NCBI GenBank assembly: GCA_037142195.1
Contig: JBAXBA010000029.1
Coordinates: 1 to 42,083, forward strand
Length of the DNA stretch: 42,083 nt
Origin: Pseudomonadota bacterium
GTDB taxonomy: Bacteria; Bdellovibrionota_B; Oligoflexia; Oligoflexales; CAIMVM01
Direction of reading: 5' to 3'
Positions 16,823-26,199 of the stretch are shown in pieces; the first letter of the stretch is position 1; each line of letters starts with the position of its first letter. The position numbers and the translations under genes were made by a program. The notes beneath the pieces were generated by a model, which saw only the letters and a program-made list of their open reading frames with translations, had not been told where the DNA came from and did not search any database.

Positions 16823-19087
16823 ATGGGTGCAATCATTCAACGATTTGAATACGTCAATAAGCTTATCTTCGTAAAAGCTTACGACGAAGCATATAGTGAG
16901 CTTGCTCAAAGCTTAAGCGTTCCTGATATGGCGTCAAATCCACTATTGCTTCTAAGATTCATAGAACTCGGTGTAAAACTAAAGCATGGGCAGAATACAA
17001 GCGATATTCTTTTAAAAACGAGCCGTCTAAGAAGTCCTAAGCTGGCCGATATTTCAGGAATTCTTTTGAAGCAGCATTCCGACCTCAACGGGGTTCAGCC
17101 ATCCATTGAAGAAATTCAAAATCATATTAAGACTTTTGGCCCATCGGCGCTTTCTTATTATGCTATCGCATTTGCCTATGAATGCCTCGGCAATCCCGAG
17201 CGAGCGATATTCAACTATGAGCTTTCCATAAAAGAAGATGCGGAGTGGTTTCCGTCCTATTTTGGCTTGAGCCAGCAGTACTATGCCAAAAATCAGGATG
17301 TATTAGGTGACTACTATTTTTACCTTTCCGAAAAACATGCTCCTTACAATCTTTATGGAAATTTTGAGACGCATCGAAATCTTTGTCAGTTTTTCATCAA
17401 TTTAGAAAAATATGACTATGCTCGTACTGCGATTTCTACACTTTCAGAATGGTGGCTAGAGAATAAAGGAAAATGTCCCGTTGAGGTGAGGCTCTACGAG
17501 CAGTTCGCTTTAGCCCGTATTGCTAAATTAGACAATAACGAGTCCTTGGCAGAAGAAGAGCTGGATCAGGCAAAGATTCTTGCCGGATTAATGGCAAAAG
17601 ATGAAACGGCCGGAGACAGCGCGTTGTATTTTGCTGGTAAAGTATCTGAAGAATTTGGTGAATTTGACTTGGCTCTAAAGCTGTATCAAAGGGTTATTTC
17701 TCAAACCAAAAACTTTACGATTGTACAAAAACTTATCATCCATTTGCTTGACCTGGGCGAATTTTCTAGTGCCTGTCAATATATGAAAGAAGCATACAAC
17801 AACCAACCTCACAGCAAAGATATTGAATTTCTCATGTTGCTTGTAGAACTCAGGACTGCGAAGGTTGATGTGGATGAGTACCTTTCTCTCCGTGAGAAAA
17901 CGCTAGATTTGGCTCAGAGTGGGGGATCAAAAGGTGAGCTTCTTTCTCATGCTAATTCCCTTTTGATTCAATTTGATAGAGATCCTCGTATTCATGCATT
18001 AGTAGGTGATATTTATAACTCTTATTCACAGCCTCAAAGAGCAGGATTTCACTATGAAAAGATGTATGAGTTAGAGTCCTCAGATGCTTCAAACTCTATT
18101 AAGTGGGCAAGCTGGCTTTTGTCTCAAAATAGAATTCCAGAGTCGGTGGAAGTACTTGCTAAGGTTGACCTCGATAAGTTTCCCGAGAGTCGAGAGGAAG
18201 TTCTTTGGGCTCAGGCCAATATCCATTTGCAAGCAGACCAAAAGCTTGAAGCCCTATCCGTTCTTTCTAACTTGCTTGCAAATGATACTTGGAATGTATC
18301 CTACAACGTTCAATATGCACTGATCCTTCAAGCTCAATCGGGACTTGAAAAAGATGTAGTATTGGAGAAATTGTCCTTGGACAACCAAGACTCGTATAAC
18401 TCGCAAGAATTCTCAAGGTATACCGCATCTATTGATGCAGACCGCTTTTCCGACTTGATTTATCTGAGAAGCAAAATTAATTATCTTCATTCGAATGGTA
18501 GCAGCGAGGCTTTAGATCAGGTGGTGAATTCAGGCGCTAAATACGACGCCAAGAAAGCTACGCATGATCTTCTCAAGCTTCTTAATACAAATTTTGACAG
18601 TGTAGAAATCTACTTTGCGCTTGCAGATCTCTATAAATCCATTTGGCAATTGGAGGCCTCGTCGATTTGGTTAGAGCAGGCATTACAAGCCGTAAATCTT
18701 TCTCAAAATTTGAAAAAAAAGGCGTGGACAGAGCTTGCAGATTGTTTTTTATGGCAAGAAATTAATTTAGAAAAAGCGCTTGAGTATGCAAAAAGTGGGC
18801 ACCAAGGGGAAAGTTTTCCACATGCTGCACTTGTAATCGTTCATGCGTATTTGAAGCTTGGCAGGATAAAGGAAGCGAGGTCCTATTTGCAACAGCTGCC
18901 TCCTTCTCATCCGGAAGTTATGTACTTTTCTGGTCTTTTGGCCTACAGAAATGGCGATAAACAAGCCGCAAATGGTATATGGAAGCCTCTTGTAAGTATG
19001 CGCATCGACACAATGCGGATGCACTGCATCAAGAGAGAAGTGCTTAAATTTTATTTTGAAGAGGCGCCTTATTTGAAGGCAAATTAA
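16823..19087 (+). CDS. Large TPR-repeat protein
   Basis: Multiple TPR consensus units, e.g. ALSYYAIAFAYECLGNPERAIFNYELSI, ALYFAGKVSEEFGEFDLALKLYQRVI and EVMYFSGLLAYRNGDKQAA. Confidence 0.85.
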   Translation: MGAIIQRFEYVNKLIFVKAYDEAYSELAQSLSVPDMASNPLLLLRFIELGVKLKHGQNTSDILLKTSRLRSPKLADISGILLKQHSDLNGVQPSIEEIQNHIKTFGPSALSYYAIAFAYECLGNPERAIFNYELSIKEDAEWFPSYFGLSQQYYAKNQDVLGDYYFYLSEKHAPYNLYGNFETHRNLCQFFINLEKYDYARTAISTLSEWWLENKGKCPVEVRLYEQFALARIAKLDNNESLAEEELDQAKILAGLMAKDETAGDSALYFAGKVSEEFGEFDLALKLYQRVISQTKNFTIVQKLIIHLLDLGEFSSACQYMKEAYNNQPHSKDIEFLMLLVELRTAKVDVDEYLSLREKTLDLAQSGGSKGELLSHANSLLIQFDRDPRIHALVGDIYNSYSQPQRAGFHYEKMYELESSDASNSIKWASWLLSQNRIPESVEVLAKVDLDKFPESREEVLWAQANIHLQADQKLEALSVLSNLLANDTWNVSYNVQYALILQAQSGLEKDVVLEKLSLDNQDSYNSQEFSRYTASIDADRFSDLIYLRSKINYLHSNGSSEALDQVVNSGAKYDAKKATHDLLKLLNTNFDSVEIYFALADLYKSIWQLEASSIWLEQALQAVNLSQNLKKKAWTELADCFLWQEINLEKALEYAKSGHQGESFPHAALVIVHAYLKLGRIKEARSYLQQLPPSHPEVMYFSGLLAYRNGDKQAANGIWKPLVSMRIDTMRMHCIKREVLKFYFEEAPYLKAN

Positions 19088-19227
19088 ATTTTTAAGAATC
19101 AAAAAGAGTTGACACTTCACTTTAGCTGTGCGAAAAGATCGACAGAGCTAACAAGCGAAAAAATAGGAATTTAAAATCTTTCAGTAAAATGAAAGAGAAT
19201 GCGTTTATGTGCGGTTGTGATTTCAAC

Positions 19228-19256
19228 TTCATATTCATATTCATATTCATATTCAT
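19228..19256. repeat. Hexanucleotide microsatellite (TTCATA)~4.8
   Basis: TTCATA TTCATA TTCATA TTCATA TTCAT, about 40 bp upstream of the ATG at 19299. Confidence 0.9.
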
Positions 19257-19298
19257 TTTCTTTTGTTTTGATGGACGGACATTTATGAAGGTAATCTT

Positions 19299-19568
19299 AT
19301 GAAAAAAAACGCTGCCAGTCCGATTTTTGTTAGTGGATGTCGTCATTGCCTTGGCGACAAAAAAGTTCGATTTAGAAGTTTTAGCGATAAAGCTTGGTCC
19401 TATTTATTTGTGGCAGGGGAAGTGGATTTTGAAGCCATTGGAAATCCTTTATGCGACAGCTGTTATAATGATTTGCGAGAAGTACTCATTGATTCCCATG
19501 TCGAAGTAGAAGCTACAGTGATTCCGGTAAAAATTGCCGAGCGTGTAAAGAGTCTATCTGAATCTTAA
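19299..19568 (+). CDS. Small CxxC...CxxC (putative Zn-binding) protein
   Basis: CRHC and CDSC pairs; GAAGG upstream of the ATG. Confidence 0.65.
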   Translation: MKKNAASPIFVSGCRHCLGDKKVRFRSFSDKAWSYLFVAGEVDFEAIGNPLCDSCYNDLREVLIDSHVEVEATVIPVKIAERVKSLSES

Positions 19569-19721
19569 GTTTTGTGGATCCTCTAGCTACTAATTTAATG
19601 GTTCGAAATTATTGGGTAAGCTAGTCCTAAGCAAAAAACTCCTCCCTATTTTCCTCATGAACCTACTTACAAAAACCGAATTCTTCTGCAAGACTTGCTT
19701 ATTGGGCGGAGAATTCAAATT

Positions 19722-21062
19722 ATGAAACAACTGAATAGTACTTTATTTGTGGTTACAGGCAGCACCTATGGACTTAGAGACGTGCGGGAATGTCTCAATC
19801 TTTTTTGGCACTCAGATTACAAAAAAGCAAATTCTATGGTTTCGGGGCTCCTTGCTGAGAAGCCCAATCATCCGATGAGATTTGCACTTTATAGAATTTG
19901 GGTCGAAATTGCGACTTTAGAGCAAGACGCTTCATCGCTTACAGGCTTGGCCGAGCATTTTCAGCTTTTAGCGGTTGAGCAAGATGAATTTGCCGATGCC
20001 TTTTCCGGACTTAAAGGTCTATGCCATTTGGGTTGTGATGAAATTGAGGCTTGCGAGTTACTTGCGGGAGCACTTTCCAAATCGACCGACAGCTACGCTT
20101 TAGAGTTTGTTCAAATGCTAGCGAGAAGATTCGGAAGTAAAAATCTATCTTTGTCGAAGTCTGAAAACTGCTTGCTTGACTATTTCCATCTTCGAACTCT
20201 TGCCGTTGACCTCCCATTGAATTTAAAAGCGGGCAAGTCTTTGCGGGCTTTAGAACAACATACCCAGGAATTGTTTCCAGGTTCGCCGCTATGTGACCTT
20301 CTTCATCTCTCGCGAAGCGTCGAGGCAGGGGACTTAGATGTGGCGAAATTGAAGGCAGAAAGTCTATCCAGAAAATTTCCAAAGAATTTTGACTTTCAGG
20401 ATCTCAATACCATTCTGCTGTCCATGCAGTGGAATTGGAATGCCGTTCAAGAGCAATTGGGTCAGAAAGATTTGAGTTATGAATTATTGAGTCTTGCTGA
20501 GTATGGGTCGAGAGTTGGCACGGGCAATAGGGCAGCTTGGGATGGTTTGGTTCGGGATGTCTATAGAAAACTCAATATTGACTATGTCGCCCATAAGCAT
20601 TCTGATGCTCAGAGAAAGCCGTGGATTGCATTTGTAGGCGCTGAACAGTGGGAGCAAGTCTATCAGAGTCTGGACTCGAGCGTAGAGCTAGAGCTCTCTC
20701 ATAAAGTATATGAAGGAGATTGGATTTTCTTAGCGAGACGGGTGGAAACTCCGTTTGATTCCAAGATACGTATTTTTGGCATTTATGAAGCAACTTGGGA
20801 AGGTGGAATGGGGCTACAATCTTTAGGCCTGCGAAAATTAAATACAGTTATGTTGTTTGAGAGATCTTGCGAAATCGACTCTATTTCTCAATCTGTTTCT
20901 CAATCTGTTTCTCAATCTGTTGAAGCAGGAAATTTTTCTGGCGTTGCAAAAGTTCAGCAACTCGAGTCCCAGGACTTGGATAAAATTGGCGATGCTATGC
21001 AGGATCAGCTGCTTTATGAAACTAGACTCATTGAAGATTTGGTGCACAACCTGAGCGCATAG
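19722..21062 (+). CDS. Hypothetical protein: helical-repeat N-terminus, possible EVE/PUA-like C-terminal domain
   Basis: ATG at 19722 with GGAG upstream; C-terminal PWIAFV...KVYEGDWIFLAR...RIFGIYEAT...QQLESQDLDKI. Confidence 0.6.
   Translation: MKQLNSTLFVVTGSTYGLRDVRECLNLFWHSDYKKANSMVSGLLAEKPNHPMRFALYRIWVEIATLEQDASSLTGLAEHFQLLAVEQDEFADAFSGLKGLCHLGCDEIEACELLAGALSKSTDSYALEFVQMLARRFGSKNLSLSKSENCLLDYFHLRTLAVDLPLNLKAGKSLRALEQHTQELFPGSPLCDLLHLSRSVEAGDLDVAKLKAESLSRKFPKNFDFQDLNTILLSMQWNWNAVQEQLGQKDLSYELLSLAEYGSRVGTGNRAAWDGLVRDVYRKLNIDYVAHKHSDAQRKPWIAFVGAEQWEQVYQSLDSSVELELSHKVYEGDWIFLARRVETPFDSKIRIFGIYEATWEGGMGLQSLGLRKLNTVMLFERSCEIDSISQSVSQSVSQSVEAGNFSGVAKVQQLESQDLDKIGDAMQDQLLYETRLIEDLVHNLSA
20884..20921 (+). 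repeat. In-frame 12-bp tandem repeat x3 (encodes SQSV)
   Basis: TTTCTCAATCTG three times plus TT. Confidence 0.9.
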
Positions 21063-21071
21063 GGAAATTTT

Positions 21072-21839
21072 ATGAAGATGCTTCTATGGTTAACATTGGT
21101 CTTGTCCTCATTTTTTTGGGTGCGGATAAATTCGTCGAAGGGAGCAGTGACTGATATAACCTACACCCTTCCAGAAGGGTGGAAGGCCGCTCCGGAGAGC
21201 TGGGGCATTAGGTTCGTGGCTCCCACAGGGGGAGAAGATGTTTTCAAGCCTGAAGTGACCCTGCGCGTCCGCAAAGGTCCCATAGATATTGATGATGGGT
21301 CAGGAAAAGACTTTATAGAAGTCTTAAAAAAGCAACTCTCAGCTGGCGGCTGGAGTAATATTAATCTGCGGCAACCGCGCATTTTCGATTTTAGGCCTGA
21401 TTTTAAGGGCATGCTTTACTTTGCAAATATTGAAGCAGCTGGTAATTCGTTGGATCAATCGATCGCAGTATTTTCTTCTCAGTCTGAGCACTATGTCTTT
21501 ACCTACACAGATTTGCCGGAGCATTTTCAGGTTGGCCAAGATAAGACTTTCCAAGAGTCTTTCCAGTTAGTGAGAAGCTTTCAGCATCCAGATGGCTGGG
21601 TTCGGCCTAAAATGAATGCTGTCACTTCTTATGGATTTGCTGCTCTGTTCTTTCTGGTAAGTATTGTGTCTTTTCTTGTTGTCAGGAGTTTTCTGGCCCG
21701 CCGCGCCTATGAGCGTTTGGCAGACCAGGTGCCTGATGAGTGGGGACAAGATCAAATCGACGAGGTGGTTATGCTCCCTGAAGTCAGTGCGAAGATAAAA
21801 TCTGAGTCTGGATTTGAAAAAGACGATGATGTAGTTTGA
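21072..21839 (+). CDS. Membrane-anchored protein with a DcrB/PsbP-like periplasmic domain
   Basis: N-terminal signal/TM segment, YTLPEGWK, HYVFTYTD...FQESFQLVRSF, then a C-terminal TM helix and acidic tail. Confidence 0.55.
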   Translation: MKMLLWLTLVLSSFFWVRINSSKGAVTDITYTLPEGWKAAPESWGIRFVAPTGGEDVFKPEVTLRVRKGPIDIDDGSGKDFIEVLKKQLSAGGWSNINLRQPRIFDFRPDFKGMLYFANIEAAGNSLDQSIAVFSSQSEHYVFTYTDLPEHFQVGQDKTFQESFQLVRSFQHPDGWVRPKMNAVTSYGFAALFFLVSIVSFLVVRSFLARRAYERLADQVPDEWGQDQIDEVVMLPEVSAKIKSESGFEKDDDVV

Positions 21840-21895
21840 TTTTTTATATAGATTTCGGGGGCTTATTTAAATCTAAAAGAGCTCCAACCTTTTTA

Positions 21896-21924
21896 TTGAC
21901 AAATTAGGAGTGATCAGTCATAAA
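21896..21924 (+). promoter_or_regulatory. Putative sigma70 promoter for tRNA-Val
   Basis: TTGACA-N17-CATAAA. Confidence 0.4.
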
Positions 21925-21995
21925 ACGTCCTCTCATAAGACGTTTTTTTAGAGCCAAGTGATTGGATCTAGCGAATAAATCTCATGAGTAAAAGG

Positions 21996-22072
21996 GGGGA
22001 TTTAGCTCAGTTGGCTAGAGCATCTGCCTTACAAGCAGAGGGTCGGCGGTTCGAGCCCGTCAATCCCCACCA
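21996..22072 (+). tRNA. tRNA-Val (anticodon TAC)
   Basis: Acceptor stem GGGGATT/AATCCCC, D arm GCTC/GAGC, anticodon arm TCTGC-CTTACAA-GCAGA, T loop TTCGAGC, encoded CCA. Confidence 0.98.
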
Positions 22073-22086
22073 CCTGAAATACAATG

Positions 22087-22129
22087 ACCCTGCAGATTTC
22101 GTTTTACGAAGCTGCAGGGTTTGTTTTTT
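22087..22129 (+). terminator. Rho-independent terminator after the tRNA
   Basis: ACCCTGCAG...CTGCAGGGT with inner TTCGT/ACGAA pairing, followed by TTGTTTTTT. Confidence 0.8.
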
Positions 22130-22204
22130 AGCTTCTTTTAGGTAGCTTTTTTGCTTCTTAGGTCGCTTGGGAAGAATATTCTAGTTGTTGAGGGAGCCTT
22201 CCAT

Positions 22205-23152
22205 TTGAAAAAACAAAACGTAAAATTGAGTTTGTTCTTTTTTGTAGTTCTAAGTGTGGGATTTGGGGCCTATTGGAATTGGATGTCCCGTGCTGCAGAT
22301 TCACCAGGCCAGGGAGTGGAGTTGAGTCGAGCCTCAGGCGCGACTTTGAAGCTATTGGTATTTGGGGATCAGGGCAGTGGATCGGAGCACCAGAAGGCAG
22401 TTGCGGAGAGTTTAGAGGCTAAGTGCAGGACGGGAATAGATGGTGTGTTGTTGCTAGGTGATAATTTCTATCCTCATGGCGTATCGTCGGTTGAAGATCC
22501 TCAGTGGAAGACTAAGTTTGAAGATATTTATGGCGGGTCTTGTCTTTTAAAGACTCCTTTCTATGTCACTCTAGGCAACCATGACTATCAAGGAAGCCCG
22601 TTAGCGGTGATCCAATATAGTGATTTGAGCCCTAGATGGATTGCTCCGGGTCGATTTTATGGAGTCAAGTTTGGGGCCCTCTTGGAGCTTATTGATTTTG
22701 ATACATCTATAGCTGACTGGTGTTTTAGTGAGAAGGACTGCTCTTTTTCGTTTTTGTTAGGCTCTTTGGCTAAGCCTAAGTCCACAGCTTGGCGCTTAGT
22801 GGCAGGCCATCATCCCCTTCGTAGTTCAAGTCTAAAAGGATTTACCTATGATGGAAATGATCCTAGGGCTGTCTTTATGAGAAAAGCCATTTGTGGCAAA
22901 GCTGACATTGCACTCTTTGGGCACTCTCATCATTTAGAGATGAGGAGAGATCCGGATTGTGAAACGCCTTATGCCATTCTAGGTGGAGGAGGAGGGGATC
23001 TCGCAAAAGTGTCTCCCAATGGAAAGCCGGTATTTCTTCGCGAAGGTTTTGGATTTGGACAACTTACGGTGACTCGAGATGAGTTAAAATTGGAGTTCTA
23101 CGATGAGGCGGGGGCGCTTCTTCATAGTGAGATGATTGGCCCTGCGCCTTAA
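22205..23152 (+). CDS. Metallophosphoesterase, purple acid phosphatase/TRAP-like
   Basis: GDQG, LGDNFY, GNHDY, GHHP and GHSH motifs; N-terminal TM segment; probable TTG start after GAGGGAG. Confidence 0.88.
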   Translation: MKKQNVKLSLFFFVVLSVGFGAYWNWMSRAADSPGQGVELSRASGATLKLLVFGDQGSGSEHQKAVAESLEAKCRTGIDGVLLLGDNFYPHGVSSVEDPQWKTKFEDIYGGSCLLKTPFYVTLGNHDYQGSPLAVIQYSDLSPRWIAPGRFYGVKFGALLELIDFDTSIADWCFSEKDCSFSFLLGSLAKPKSTAWRLVAGHHPLRSSSLKGFTYDGNDPRAVFMRKAICGKADIALFGHSHHLEMRRDPDCETPYAILGGGGGDLAKVSPNGKPVFLREGFGFGQLTVTRDELKLEFYDEAGALLHSEMIGPAP

Positions 23153-23880
23153 GTTAAATCGGGAGAAACCTGAATTTTGTACTTTTGATCCAGGTAATTC
23201 AGAGCAGTCTTTTCTGCTTCATTGATTTTTTCACCAATAAGTAACTGAAATTCTAAAAATTCAGAGTCCATGAGATTTTTAGGCACTTCAAGGCCTTCCC
23301 CAAAATTTAAAATGATTCTTGAAAATGGTTTTGGAATTTGCAGTTTATCCCAAGTTTTTAACTGCCAATAGCTGCTAGCTACAGTGGCGCAAGGAATAAT
23401 GTGGGTTCCTGTTTCTCTTGCTAATTTAATGGCGCCCGGTTTACAAAAACGCCTGGGACCAATGGAGCCGTCTACGGTCAAAGAAGCGATATTTCCGTTT
23501 TTTAACTGGCGCAGCAAACTCTCTTTCGCTTCTTTGCCGCCTTTTTCTTTTCCATTTCTTTTTTGGCTTCCATAGACAACCACAAATCCTAACCAGGTTA
23601 AGGTACGTCCGATCATTCTCCCAGATTGGGACCGGCTGGCCATCGCGGAGATTAATTTTTCCCCAAGATGAGCGGTAATAGTTGAAACTAAGTGCTCGTG
23701 CCAAAAAACTAAGACATAGGAATTAAGTGAAGAGTGTTCTAATGACCTTTGTCGATGTTCTCCCCCGAGTGTCTCCACGCGACAGGTGAGACGTAGGAAG
23801 CGCAACAGGAAGTAGATGCAAATAGATACCAAATAGTACACGGTAGCCTCTAAAAGATTCAAAATAATGTAAAGCGTCAA
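23149..23880 (-). CDS. Lysophospholipid acyltransferase-family protein (DUF374-like)
   Basis: FWHEH, MASRSQSG, TVDGSIGP and TWDKLQIPKPFS. Confidence 0.85.
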   Translation of the reverse strand: MTLYIILNLLEATVYYLVSICIYFLLRFLRLTCRVETLGGEHRQRSLEHSSLNSYVLVFWHEHLVSTITAHLGEKLISAMASRSQSGRMIGRTLTWLGFVVVYGSQKRNGKEKGGKEAKESLLRQLKNGNIASLTVDGSIGPRRFCKPGAIKLARETGTHIIPCATVASSYWQLKTWDKLQIPKPFSRIILNFGEGLEVPKNLMDSEFLEFQLLIGEKINEAEKTALNYLDQKYKIQVSPDLT

Positions 23881-24037
23881 AATTTTAGCATCTTAGGAGA
23901 TGAGATCCCAGAGATATTTGAGGCACTAAGTCCTTTCCTGGATGGCAAAATTTGCAGGGTAATTCTCGCCCATAGAAAGTGACAAAGTTTAGCCGGTATG
24001 ATGAAGTATAGATACAAGCATAGGTCAGGAGTTTGAC

Positions 24038-25039
24038 GTGGGAACAAATAAATATAGTGGTGCCCAGAAAGCAGCGATTCTACTTCTATCTTTTGGCGAA
24101 GATATTTCAGCTGAAATTTTCAAGCATATGAATGAATTTGAAATAAAACGCATCGGTAGCGCTATGAGTCGTCTTGGACGATTAGAGCAAAACATCGTCG
24201 ATGAAATCATCGGAGAGTTCTATGGAATTCTTCAGCAGAATAAGAAATTCTTCTATGGCGGTAATGAATTTACAAAGAAAGTCATTGGCAGTGCTTTCAA
24301 AGGCGGTGAGGCCGACGACCTCATTGAATCTTTATCCTTGGGATCTTCGGCCAATTTAGACTCTTTGGAACTTATCGATCCGAGAACTCTAGCTACGTTT
24401 ATCAGAAACGAGCACCCGCAAACTATTGCCCTCATTCTGGCGCATTTAGACGCTCGGAAGTGTGGAGAAACCATTAAATTATTGCCTGAAGCCATTCATA
24501 CTGAAATTCTACTTAGAATTGCTAATTTAGATGCCGTAGCACCTGAAATCATTGATGAGATTGATGATGTTCTTCGCAATGAGATTCAAGCAATGGGCAG
24601 CATTTCTACACAGAAAATTGGCGGGGTTGAGCCCCTAGCTGAAATGCTAAATTTAATGGATAAGGCGACTGAAGAACAGATCTTAGATAATCTGGAAGAA
24701 CGGGATCCAGATTTAGCGGAGCAAATTCGTCAGTTGATGTTTGTATTCGATGACCTTGCTAAAATTGATGACCGCGGGATTCAAGAAATCATTAAAAGCG
24801 TCTCAAATGACAAGTGGAAAGTGGCTCTCAAGACCGCAAGTGAAGGAGTTAGGGATCTCGTGTTTAGAAATATGTCGGAACGAGCCGCCGGCATGCTTAA
24901 AGAAGACATGGAGGCCATGTCTGCTGTCAAGCTTTCAGATGTGGAAGCTATTCAGTATGAAATCGTTTCCGTGGCAAGAAAACTTGAAGAAGAAGGAAAA
25001 ATCATCATCAATACGGGCGGTGAGTCCGCATATGTTTAA
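24038..25039 (+). CDS. fliG: Flagellar motor switch protein FliG
   Basis: QKAAILLL, GG...TKK, EHPQTIALILAHL, MFVFDDL, NMSERAA and GKII; GTG start with AGGAG. Confidence 0.97.
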   Translation: MGTNKYSGAQKAAILLLSFGEDISAEIFKHMNEFEIKRIGSAMSRLGRLEQNIVDEIIGEFYGILQQNKKFFYGGNEFTKKVIGSAFKGGEADDLIESLSLGSSANLDSLELIDPRTLATFIRNEHPQTIALILAHLDARKCGETIKLLPEAIHTEILLRIANLDAVAPEIIDEIDDVLRNEIQAMGSISTQKIGGVEPLAEMLNLMDKATEEQILDNLEERDPDLAEQIRQLMFVFDDLAKIDDRGIQEIIKSVSNDKWKVALKTASEGVRDLVFRNMSERAAGMLKEDMEAMSAVKLSDVEAIQYEIVSVARKLEEEGKIIINTGGESAYV

Positions 25040-25052
25040 GCCATGCTTGGAC

Positions 25053-26147
25053 CTAACGGTCCCAAAGGGCTTGATGATGCTTCAAGAGTCCTTCAAAGGA
25101 ATCGTTTTCTATAGATGTGCGTATCTCAGCCATGAGATTTAAGTAGTACGTCAAATTATGAAGGCTCAGAAGCCTTAAGGCTGTCAGTTCGCCACTTGCA
25201 TAGAGATGGCGAAGGTAACTTCTGGAAAAAGACGTGCAAGTATAGCAGGGACACGAGGGGTCTAGAGGGCCTTGATCTAAACGGTAAGTGCTGTTTTTGA
25301 TGTTAACTTTTCCGACGGAAGTAAACAGGGTGCCGTTACGCGCATTTCTAGTGGGCATCACACAGTCAAACATATCGACGCCTAGGGCCACAGATTCTAT
25401 CAAATCTAACGGTGTTCCTACGCCCATAAGATAACGTGGTTTATCGGTAGGTAAAAGGTCACAGCAATATTCGGTCATGGCTCTCATCTCGGGCTTTGGT
25501 TCGCCAACACTAAGGCCACCCATAGCCATGCCTTCAAAACCGAGCTCATTTAAACCCTCTATAGAGATTTTTCTGAGATCAGAAAACATACTTCCTTGTA
25601 CTATTCCAAATTGACAAAGGTCGTCTTTAGTTTTTGTTTCGCGGCACCTTTTGGCCCACCTTAAAGATCTCTCCATGGAAGATTTGGCAACTTGATGGGA
25701 AACAGGATAGGCCGTGCATTCATCTAAAACCATATGTATGTCTGAACCTAAAGTTTCCTGAATCTCAACCGCTAACTCTGGAGTTAGTAGAAATCTAGTG
25801 CCATCAAGGTGGCTCTGAAAATGGGCTCCATTTTCTGTCAATTTATTTAATTTGCCGAGAGAGAAGATTTGAAACCCGCCTGAATCCGTCAAAATAGGCT
25901 TCTTCCAACCCATGAATGAGTGTAAACCGCCTGCCGCTCGAATCACTTCGAGTCCGGGGCGAAGAAAAAGATGATACGTATTGCCTAGAAGAATCTGGGT
26001 TTCCATTTGAAGCATATCTGTATTTGTCATGGACTTTACGGATCCGACTGTTCCTACCGGCATAAATATAGGGGTTTCGACAGTTCCATGCTTTAAGCTC
26101 AAGCGAGCGCGGCGAGCTTTGCCGGAAGTTTTTATGAGTTCAAACAT
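25053..26147 (-). CDS. tgt: tRNA-guanine transglycosylase (bacterial type)
   Basis: TPIFMPVGT, NTYHL, TDSGGFQ, LDECT, GIVQG, GLSVGE, YLMGVG, DMFDCV and the Zn site CPCYTC...H. Confidence 0.98.
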   Translation of the reverse strand: MFELIKTSGKARRARLSLKHGTVETPIFMPVGTVGSVKSMTNTDMLQMETQILLGNTYHLFLRPGLEVIRAAGGLHSFMGWKKPILTDSGGFQIFSLGKLNKLTENGAHFQSHLDGTRFLLTPELAVEIQETLGSDIHMVLDECTAYPVSHQVAKSSMERSLRWAKRCRETKTKDDLCQFGIVQGSMFSDLRKISIEGLNELGFEGMAMGGLSVGEPKPEMRAMTEYCCDLLPTDKPRYLMGVGTPLDLIESVALGVDMFDCVMPTRNARNGTLFTSVGKVNIKNSTYRLDQGPLDPSCPCYTCTSFSRSYLRHLYASGELTALRLLSLHNLTYYLNLMAEIRTSIENDSFEGLLKHHQALWDR

Positions 26148-26199
26148 GGTGCCTCTATATCAAAAAGTAAGGAAACGTTTCATCTTCTACAAAAGAGAT

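Noticed and set aside
19122..19346. 74-aa ORF containing MNMNMNMNM
   Set aside because: It is a translation of the TTCATA microsatellite on the opposite strand and overlaps a better-supported gene.
21996..22129. tRNA-Val as an island integration site
   Set aside because: There is no adjacent integrase, and I noticed no duplicated tRNA 3' end in the window.
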